Made by a program: the position numbers and the translations under genes. The notes beneath the pieces are model-generated. The model was given only the letters and a program-made list of their open reading frames with translations. It did not search any database and was not told the DNA's origin. A DNA stretch of 56,038 nucleotides, filler included, from Ionaspis alba (Eukaryota), in assembly GCA_964255285.1 (NCBI GenBank). It is 3 parts of 3 records of this genome, joined end to end, with 100 filler letters (N's around TTAATTAATTAA, not from the genome) between each part and the next. Parts side by side here need not be neighbours in the genome. Positions count along the whole stretch, not along the records: positions 37,569 to 56,038 come from CAXUUL010000289.1; 2 more parts are not named here. One strand, given 5' to 3'. Below are positions 45,923 through 56,038 of this stretch, piece after piece (positions within the stretch are counted from its first letter, which is position 1; each line of letters starts with the position of its first letter).

Positions 45923-48900
45923 TCACCAGAAAGAGCACCAACCAATATAATGCTGGCACAAGTTCTCGACACTGGTCGCCTGTCCAATGAGCTTAGCGAC
46001 CTGCTCCTCAACGTCCAGTTCGCGCTCCGGCCGGAAATCCCTTCCAGTCAGTTTTTCCTTCACTCTAGCTAAAACCTGAACGGCTCTAGCATTCTGGATC
46101 TCTCGGTTGTCGTCCCCACCATTAGCTGCCTCGGCCGCCGCAGCCGCAGCACTAGATCGGTTCCGCGCACGGTAAGAGCCGCCTCCTGTACTTCTCGTTG
46201 AGGTTTGAGCACCCTCGAGCTCGCCCATGAGGGATTGACGACGCGCCGAAGGGTACGAGGGCTCGGGTGGAGAGTCGCGATTTGTCAAGCGCCAGTTGAG
46301 TAGCGGATCGTGAATGAAGGCTTCAAGGACGGCCATGAGAGATTCCTTGTTGTCGCGGATGACCCGCATAACTGCCTCGCTGGAGATTTTGTAGGAGCCA
46401 TCAATGTTGGAGACTTCCATTGCGAAGGTGAGCATGCGGGTGAGACGGAACGGGACACGTTCTGGGTATTTGTCACGGTGCATGGCCACTTCGAAACAGT
46501 CACCAAAGTCGATATGAATGATCTTACCAGTTACACGATCGAGCATCAGGTTTGAAGGGTGTCGGTCGCCGAGACCTAGAATATAGCCCACCATGGACAT
46601 GACCGCTAAGGAGCGTGTGTAATTGGTACGACGCTCGAGCCAGGACTCCGATGATTTGGACTTGAGCCAGAGCACGCGGTAGAGATCTTTGCCTGTAGTG
46701 TTGTCCATGGCATAGCTGAAGACCTCAACCTTCTGCATGAGAGTCAAGTTGTCATAGTCCGGAGCCATCTGGAGCATGATTCTATGCTCAATGTTGAGTA
46801 GAATGCGTCGATTCTCACGATAGTCCTTGATGAGATTATGCAGAGTATCGCTATTAGGCACCCATCCAAGTAATCCCGAATTCTGCGATAGCGGAATGGC
46901 AGGGAACTTCTGTATACTAAGATGGCGCTTGAAACTCTCGGTATCATTGTTCAGTAGAGTGTTGACAAGACCAAACAGCTGCATCACACGCTCATCCTGA
47001 CGGATATCTTCGTGCCCCTTCAGTGCATACGTATATGCCTGTCCGTCACTTCCCTTCAGAGTCATCTTCCGCGGGCGCTGTTTGGAAGGTATGACGGTTA
47101 AGACCTGATCAAAGCTCAAGATTCGAATAACAGGTTTGCCGCTCTGATACGTCCCAGGCACGGCCAATTCCAGATCGCGAGCCTCTTTCAATGAAGGTGA
47201 AATATACGTGAGATCAAGTGTCATGAGCTGAGAGAGCTGTTTAGCAATCCGACGGAAGACAGAATAGTAGAGATCCCAAGCTTGATTAAGGTCTCCCACC
47301 TCTTTCGTTCGACGATAAGTATCGCACCACTGTTTGGCTTCGTCGAGATCTCGACCAAACGCCTGCGCAAAAGATATTTCTCGAAGTGTTTGAGGCCCCT
47401 AGGCAAGTTAGCGGGCGGCCTATGATTAGTGAGAGTAAAGTAGGTACTTACTGCAGCTAGAAGCTCGTGCAAGGGAGCCAGAGTTGCAAACATACCATCG
47501 ATGTTGTGATCGCCAAAATACCTAGGCAGAAAGTCAGCAGGCGGTACCTTATTGATGAGAATAAGGGATTTATACAGTCGTGATGCTTCTTCTAAGCCTT
47601 CGTGCCAGAGCTCATGCCACAACACCGCAACACGAATCAATTCTCTACTGACCAGCTCCGCCTGCTCAACCAGGACTGGACTGTGTTTGCTCAGAGACTG
47701 CATGATTAAAGTCGCCGATTGTGCACGGCGAGGTACATTGGATTTCATTGCCACTGTCAACGGGTACACCAGAGCTTGGGGATGTGCCTTTCCCACGTCA
47801 CCAAGTAGTCGATGAATAGTCCCTCTGACTCGGGCATTGGGCTGGTTTATGCGTGCAATGAGCTGTGGAATGACTTCAAGCCATGTATCTATGCTGACTT
47901 CAGGGAATCCAGCGGTAACTGCTGCGTTCACATCGTGATCTCCACCATGGGCAAACCATAGGGTCAGGAGACGTAGTGTATCTTGTAACGAGCTGGATGT
48001 CGAAAGTGAAATTGATTTGATGAATCCTTGGATAGCAGGTACGACATGATCATTGATGATATTCTGAGGCAGTGAAGCGGTTCCACGGTCTGCTTGGGAG
48101 GTGATGGCGGTGACCACTTCGAAATTGGCAAGCGCCCATGCGTGCCATGCTTTATAACCGTCAGGGTTATACTGTGTCGCGGCTGAATAAGATGCTAGAA
48201 CGTCATGGACGTGGCCCGACTCCCAGTCCCCTCGTTTGAGCCAGGTTTGCCACTCTCCTAGCTTGAGGTAGCACTTGGCTAGGAGGGTCTTCATGTTCGC
48301 AACCTCGACAGACTTCTGCTTGTTGGCGTTTGGGTCATAGAAGGCATTAAGTGGGTTTGGTTGGTTCCTAGAAATCATAACAGCCAGCGAGGCCGCTTCA
48401 GTCGCTAATTGTTCAGAGAGAACCACAGTAAAATCCCGCAGCTTTACCAAAGAACTTTGATATTTGCCTGTGGTCCATGCGTATTTGAGCTGGGCGTAAG
48501 TTACCTCCGGAATAGATGAGGTGACCGTTAAGGGATCCGCATTGGGATTCTCGAGCTGTATGTTTTGTAAGGATTTGAGAGATTTCTCTGCCAATCCAAT
48601 GCGGCCTGACTTGCGGCAGAGATTCGCAAATTTGATCCACATATCGATGTTCTCCTTTGGTGTCAGAACGAGAGCCCGAACTTTGAGCATGCGCTGCCAG
48701 GTCTCGACGTTCCCTTCACAACCCTTCAGACGCTCGTTCCACGTAGCCCGCATTGTCTCCTGCCTGACCGGATTTCCTTCACTCTTCTTGTATGTAATGA
48801 TCTCTTCCAACTCAGCCAGCATCTGCACCCGTACTACGACACTGTATGCACGAGTGTAGGACTCGCCCAGTAAAGCACTCAGCTCTGTATCGAGACCTGC

Positions 48901-51900
48901 CCTAGCATTCTCAATGTTTTTGATAGCATCTGGAAAGTTGTCTTGATGCAGTGACAGAATGGCACCGAAGAAAAATCGATCAGTAGATTGCTCTTTCATG
49001 GCACTGACATAGTTCTCCATAAAATTCCATTGACCTAAGCCCCAAGCAGCTGCGGCAGCCAGTGGAGCAATATATTTCCTCTGACTTGGAAGCGTTAAGT
49101 TCCACTTTTCCTGTGAGAGATTGGAAAGCAAATCCCATTCTCCAAGGGCGTGCAGACATCTCATCTTACCCATGGTGATCTCGAACGATGTAGGATCCTC
49201 ACGTTCCCGGACCTGGTATGCCTGCAATGCTTCATCCCATCGTCCAAGCTTCTCAAACCATGTCTCTTTGAGCTCAAAGTCGCGGTATTTCTGAGCGTTC
49301 CGGAGAATCCCTACCGCAGCATCTGTCTGCTGAAGTTGATTATTGATGCTGATGAGTGCTTCGACAACACTTGGAGTCTTTTCTTCCTCGAATTCAAGCT
49401 CTTTGTAATGTAACGCTTTGGCATAAGCGTGACATTTCCCGGCATAAACTCCGAGTGTACCAATATCAATAGGTAGTGGTTTGTCGTCGTGCTCCATGAA
49501 TTCGGCAAGATTGAGGAGAACTTGCAATATTTCCGGAGGAATATTTGGGGACGTTAGTGCAAGCTCCAATGATCGGACAAGCTCTTCCTGATAGTGATCA
49601 TATAGCTCTGTCCAGCAAGAGACAAATGCGGCGTTGAACAGATCTTTTGCCAAAGGCTGATAAACAGTAGCAAGCCCAGCGCAGGCACGCAAAGCGTTCG
49701 AGGGAGACTCCTTGAGAAGTTCCACACTAAAGCGTCGCATCCATTCCTGCCAGTCCTCACGAGTGGTTTTCTGACCGGCCTCCCAGGAGCTTTTCAAATG
49801 TATCTGGTTGACCGGTAGCTTCCGTTGCGTGACCTCCGTGTACGCATTGCCATCGATAGGGGCATTGAAATTGTCGCTCGAGTTGAGGTCCTGTGGTAAA
49901 GATGCGCCACTCCGAAGCCGACTGATAAGATTATCGTAGTTCGTGTGACTAATACCACTGCGGACCAATGCCTTCTTCACCGAATCGATGTAAGGTTCAA
50001 AATCTTGTCCCACATGGGAGAACAGAGCACAAATGCAGTCGTAGGCGGCACTTTTTAAGATTGGCTCCTTGACCAGAAGAACATCGGTCAGGTTGTGAAT
50101 CAGAAGTCCCGAGTAGTCCGAAATATTGACTTGTCTTGTGATCTTACTAATCGTGTCAATGGCTACTTTCCTCACGCTACTGGGATTCGAGGCTTCGTGG
50201 AACGTTTGAACAAGTTTCGGGAGTATGAGCCACATGCACTCCTCAGCAGCAGGTCCGAGAACAAGCAGAGAGTGCATTACCTTCTCCGAAGGTGTTCTTC
50301 TGGCCGTAGTGTCGGTTTCGAGAACCTGCATCATCAAAGGGAGGATTCTGTCGATCGAAGGTCTAAATTCAGCTTCAAGAGACCTTGATAATGCTTCGAC
50401 AAGAGAGAGCACAGTGGCCTGCACTTGATACGATACCTCCCAGAACTCGATTGCAAGAGTCACAAGCTCCTTTCTGAATGGCCGAATATGTTGCCGCACT
50501 ATTGTTACCAGTATGGACAGCTGGTTGAAGTAATTTTCGAGTCGATTCTGCGGTGCAGAGCGGATGATGGTCACAAATGTGGGGATGATCTGCCCGAGGA
50601 AAGGGACACATTTCAAGCCAAGAGTTTGGAAGATAAAGACGACAGCTTCGATGACAGCGGAATGATACTGAGAAAGCGAGTTATCTCGGAGAACATTATA
50701 CATCAGCGTGTTCATGACCACTGTTGGATAATATTCTTCGTTAGAGGGTGTTAGACCTTGCATTATGAGGGCCACATCTGATACTGCATGCACTTCGTGG
50801 TTTGGATGGAAGTCAGAAGACTCTTCCGTGATTTGCTATGGAAGTTAGTACAAAGCTTCAAGAGCCAAAGAACGTGGTGGACTACCTGGTGCTTGTATGG
50901 ATCTAGAGCGCCTAGAATACCTAGCAACTTAATGGTCTCTTTCCTCAGTGCTCCTTGCTGTTCAGTCTTGATGATGTTGACCAACAAGTCCAATAGCTCA
51001 GGATGATCCAGATAAGGTTTGATCACGTAACCAGAATTACTAGCCAATTGCCCAAGCGCTCGGAGGGCAGAGCTGCGCTTCGATAGCGAACTGAGATCCT
51101 GTAATGCACTGAGGATGATGGGCATCAACTGTGGGATGAATGGCAGAAGCTCTGTTCCTCCCACTGTTGAGAGATCACCGATTGCACATATGACCGCTGA
51201 TGACACCGCGACATTTGGATCCGACGCTTTGGGCATTAACGTTTTGACCAAACTGCCGACGTAGGGCCTGACGAGTTGTGAAGCACTCATGATACATAAA
51301 CTGATCAACTTTGCCCCTTCCTCTTCGTGCGTGGGGTCTCCCGAGATTCGTACTCCACGCATGAGGTTGAGTAACAGCTTTCGCAGGGGCGGAAAGACAT
51401 AGGCAGGGTTGACGCCAGTGAGGCGTCCAAGAATGACCATGGCAGCCTGTCTGACCTCATAGTCGCGCTCATTTGTAGCCATCACAATCGAGCGTATGTT
51501 GTCTGGATGTGCTAAGTGCCGGTCAAAGGAAGTATCCAGAGCCTGCAGCACGGTACGACGAATATCAGGATCCGGGTCTCCAACACCGACCGTCAGAAGT
51601 TTAGAGATGACTTCACCCACAACTTGGATGGAATGTGAGCTAACTTGATTGATGATTGGATCGTGGACGAAAAGCTGGCAGCATGTCAAAGCAGCTGCTT
51701 TTCGTATCGTCGGACTGTCATTGCCCACGTAGCGAATAGCGACGTCACGAACGAACTCGTTAAGAGTGTGTCCTATTCATCGTAAGCGCAGACCGGAAAG
51801 GGCTTCAGATGGTTGGGAACATACCTTGAAAATCAAAGCTTCCGAGCGTATTTAGTGCCAGTGCAATTTCAGGATCTTTGTGCTCTATACCATACAGTGA

Positions 51901-53380
51901 CCAATCTTTCGCGAAAGCTGGAGTGGGCAGAATCCGATTTGGAGGGCTACCAACTGGCCGGTATGGTCGTGAGGCAAGAACAAGGCTTAGAAGATCGAGC
52001 AATTTCTCCTGAATCACTGGTTTGATAGGAGGGATCTTATCAACCATCACCACAAGTGCTCTCACCAAGGAGTCGCTCAATCCACAAGCAAACATAGGAT
52101 CAATCAAAGCGTCCATATACTTGGTCAACGTCTGATCCGCAGCAGAGCAGAGCATGCTGATGAGCTCAAACACGGCACCGTCCTTGTTCTTGCTTTTCCT
52201 AGTAGCTCATCAGTCAATTGATAGAAGAGGACAGTTATGCCGTGGATAGCCTACGCTCTAATACTCAATCCTTCACGAACGGAGATAATGATGCCATTCA
52301 AGTATGGGGTGATTGCGCCTTCGACATGGCTAGCGACTTGGCCAACTGCGAGAAAAGCGGCACTTCGTTCCTTATCCTTTTTGACCAGCCCTTGCAGAAA
52401 TGTCATGAATCTGTGAAGATATTCGAGAGAGAACTCTCTGGGCGCAAAACGGGCGAGAGCTGGAATCATGACAACAGTCTCGGAGCGGATCCTAGGCTCC
52501 CGATGGTCCTTCAAGCGCATCACAATATCACAGGCTTCTCGAAAGTGGGCGTTCATAAACATGCCACTATGAAGTATCAGTTCCTTGATGACAAGAAGAG
52601 AACCGTGTATCGATTCGACACTGTTGACTTTCAAGCCCTGCACTGCCTCGACGTGCATTCGAGGAAACCACTGTTGGCGAACCACAGTATCGCGGGCAGC
52701 CATGACTTCGAAACATTGTGCTACAGCTTCAGCTGCAGTCTCACGAATTAGCACTTTGGGATCACGAATGCCAGTCCATATGCTATCCAGAATTTGAGGG
52801 ACGTAGGTGAAGAGGAGCGTCGGAGAGTTGTGAGCGAGCTCACGAATGATGAGTACGGCAGCAAAACGCCGACTCTCTTGTCCAGGTCTGTCAGATTGCA
52901 GCCATTCCAGAGCGGACTTGACTTCGCTTTCCACAAGGTCTGCTGTGAGAGCTCCACCTGGAGTAGCAAGGTGGCCCAATGCGCGAGCTGCATAGATGAG
53001 AACCTCATTATCATTACTGCGCAAAGCAGCTCGTAGATATCCCGAAAACCGTGTTGTTCTTTGAGCTGCATCATCACCTTCAAAGGTGATGAGTTGCTCT
53101 ATAGCAATAATGCCTCCGATCTTTTCATTCGTTTCGTTGCTGGTGACAACCAGACTGGCAACGCGATGGTTGAGGCTGGAGTAGAATTCTTGAAACTTGT
53201 CTGTTGAGAGATCTGTCGAAGTGTTAGTTATACAATCCTAGTATCATCAGGATACTTACCTCTTTGAGCAAGGTGAACCTGATTTAATAGCTCATGGCAA
53301 GCTCTCTGACGAGCGTCCTTACTTCGTCCTTTGAGGTCAAGGAAGATCCGGTTCAGTGCATCAGCACCAAAAGACGCCAT
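45923..53380 (-). CDS. TOR: TOR serine/threonine kinase, 7 exons (53380-53260, 53212-52255, 52198-51825, 51772-50886, 50835-47576, 47521-47452, 47398-45923)
   Basis: HEAT repeats, FAT domain ([10 protein letters not shown]), FRB ([18 protein letters not shown]), kinase ([30 protein letters not shown]) and FATC ending [12 protein letters not shown]. Confidence 0.98.
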
Positions 53381-54003
53381 CTCGTTCACATCCTTATGCT
53401 GGCTACTAGTGCTGTTCCAGTCGATGTTATTGACACTTTTACCATTGAGGCTCAACTCTGTCACAAAGACGTGGTTGAGGCTGGGCGAGGAGCGACGCCA
53501 ACACCGAAACACCGGCTACGCTAGTGTTCGTGTAATACTAGCCTACCAAACTGCCGGGCTCATGATGAAGGGCCAAAGGCGACGTCGGCAGACTAGTAGG
53601 TTATGCTAAAGCTAGAATGAGACTTCTATTTACTGTGAACATGTTCCATCAAGACCCCGAATGTCCTTCCCATCCAGATACCATAAGCAATGATTACATC
53701 GTAACCAGCACTATTTGCCATGTACTCCAGGCATATCTTAGACAGAGGTTCTATATGCTTACACAGATGTACATAGAGAGATGGCTACTGTAGGCGCAAG
53801 AAACTCAACAAGTCTGAGACATTCACGTGCTCAAATTTTGTCTTCGCAAGCGCGTTGCTTCACCGTACTGTCGAAAAAACTCAGATAGGATGTTGAAGAG
53901 AAATAACGCGAGGAAGACTGGATATCAGTACACCGAGCAATCGCATTTTATGCACCTCTTGTCTAATTTACCACATCTCGCTCCTTTGCTAAGGATTCCT
54001 CCC

Positions 54004-55999
54004 TTAAGCAATCCAGAACCAGACCCTCTGTAGAAAGTTCTTTGGAACAGGCGGAATGTCTATTTCTTCGAGACGGTCTGCCTCATCCTTTCCTGTAAAA
54101 ATGTCCACATCTTCCTTCCTGTATACCCACGGCGTCCTGAACCAGACCTTGTGGCCTAGGTAGAGTACCAGGAATATTGGAATAGTGATATACGCTACAA
54201 CATGTGTCAGCCTGTAGCCGTCAGTGTTCAGATCATTCAACGTACCTGCTAGGAAGGACGCCGCAGAGAAGCTTCCAGGGAAGAAAACCTGAAAGCCGTT
54301 CGTCAAGGATAGCAGAACAAGCATGAAGATCGCAGCATATGTTGTATATGGCTGTAAAGGAGTCTTGTAAGGACGCTGCTCAAGCGTGCCGTTGTATTTA
54401 AGAGCTCCTCGAAAGCGCTTAAATTGTGTTAACAGAGCACAGCTCACAGCATAGATGAGAGGACGTACGAGATAGGCTAGAAGTAGTGTTATCCAAGCGA
54501 TGAAACTGCGCACAACAGTAAGTACAAGAGTGTGGTATGATTATGGAAGAACTCACCCCGAGATGGTCGTCAGATTCAGGAACCAGGTGAACACAGTGGC
54601 TGACCCTGAAGAAACGGAAAGATATACCAAACAAGCAAGCGCGGCGGAAAAAAGAACCGCAACGTAAGGGACACCTTGTTTGTTACAAGTACGGAAAATC
54701 CTCGGCGCTTGGCCAGTAATGGCCAGAGAGTAGAGACTTCGACTGCCTGCAAACAAGAAAGAATTTCCGGCACTGCTTGCCGAAGTAAGAATAACAGCAT
54801 TGATGATGTGATTGAGGACAGGTATTCCCGCTCGCTGTATTCCCAATACAAACGGACTGGCTCCGGCGTTGGTAGTCCCGGAGCTCACGGCACTCAAGAG
54901 GTCGCGATCGCTCGAAGAGACAATGACGGATATGACCAGGGAGCCAAGGACATAGAAGAAGATGAGACGGTAGATGAATCGACGTCCAGCTTTTGGAATG
55001 TTTCGACGGGGTGCTTCACTTTCTCCAGCCGCAATTGTAATCAGCTCCGGACTGAGGATAAATGCAAATCCAGACCGAACCAGTGCAGTCCAGAAGCCCA
55101 GGAACTCCCCAGTCCTTCCAGAAGTAGCATAAGGCTTGAATGGACCAGGATCCTTCCAGTACCGGAAATAGAGAGGGTCGTGATTCGGACCTCCTCCGAA
55201 GAAAAGAACAATGCCAAGTATTATAAGGCCCACGATGGCAATGATCTTGATGCTTGCAAACCCTTACTCAATGTCAGCTCTGTTCTGCAGCTGCAGCTGA
55301 ACAGCACTTACAGAACTCAGACTCTCCATAGATGGAGACAACGAAGATGTTCAGGGTAAGGATTAGGACCAAAATGATCGTGATCCAGACAGCGACAGGG
55401 ACTTTCTCTGTCCAGTATTCGATGACGACAGATGCAGCAGATATCTCGGCTGCTATGAGCATGGAATAGGTATACCTATGTTCTTAAACAGTCCATACGA
55501 TAACAGTAGAAGGATAGGTATCACATACCAATAATTCCAGCCGCTGGCGAATGCTAGACTCGGTTCGAAGAAGCGATTGATATAGTATGGCGGCGAAGCG
55601 CCTGACACGGGGAGGTAGGTGGTCATTTCGGCAAGCGAGTTCATCACCGACCAGATAACAGCAGACATGACGATAAAGGCCAGTACCAAAGAAACTGGTC
55701 CGACCAAAGAGAGCGTTGCGCCGCTACCAACGAAAAGCCCAGTACCGATACCTAAGCAACCATTGTCAGATTGACGTGGAGTCTCGATCGCAGGGTAAAC
55801 ACCAGGGTAAACACAAACATCCTCCCAAGGCGATCAGTTGAACATGGCGACTTTTCAGTCCTCTGCGAGTATTCCCGTATTTGTCCTCGGCGACAAGTTG
55901 CGCACTCAGAACAGCAGCCTCATCGCTCCGCTTCTCCGCATCGTACGGAGCCGGGTCATCAGCGCCACCTTCACCCCCGAACTTCTCGTGCCGGTACAT
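54004..55999 (-). CDS. Amino-acid permease (APC/YAT family, proline-permease-like), 7 exons
   Basis: RGLKSRHVQLIALGGCIGTGLFVG, LAEMTTYLP, GESEFWFASIK, AAGESEAPRRNIPKA and PYKTPLQPY; six frame-consistent introns. Confidence 0.94.
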
Positions 56000-56038
56000 G
56001 TCAAATCGATTTAAAGATGCGATGAGCTCTCAGTCATG

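Noticed and set aside
47399..47640. TOR FRB domain checked for a rapamycin-resistance substitution
   Set aside because: The critical Ser in EEASRLYF is intact; an ordinary TOR.
55791..55814. Exact 12-bp duplication cagggtaaacac x2
   Set aside because: Lies inside permease intron 1; simple slippage with no coding effect.

Overview
Intron-rich genomic DNA from a filamentous ascomycete (Pezizomycotina-type genes, short introns with CTRAC/CTAAT branch points). It is three contigs joined by two artificial 100-nt N44-TTAATTAATTAA-N44 spacers (18715-18814, 37469-37568). Conserved genes: MpaB-type ER-bound oxygenase, a bZIP factor, a PAP2 lipid phosphatase, a GFA/CENP-V protein, COX19, a double F-box protein, a CSC1/OSCA channel, CCT2, a DAHP synthase, TOR kinase and an amino-acid permease. 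Between them lie accessory stretches. Best leads: (1) a head-to-head pair of a DOMON-less cytochrome b561 and a secreted, GPI-anchor-like protein with PHM/DBH-type copper-ligand motifs, possibly a cell-surface copper-monooxygenase/electron-donor module; (2) an intact three-exon Pch2/TRIP13-like gene with degenerate Walker A, Walker B and Arg-finger motifs (a predicted pseudo-ATPase); (3) a roughly 600-bp-period tandem array of tiny RanBP2-type double-zinc-ribbon genes in different states of decay, with a related motif heading a stop-interrupted large gene across the gap. NACHT and ankyrin relics and three GC-AG introns were also seen. All family calls come from motif recognition by eye; no database search was run.
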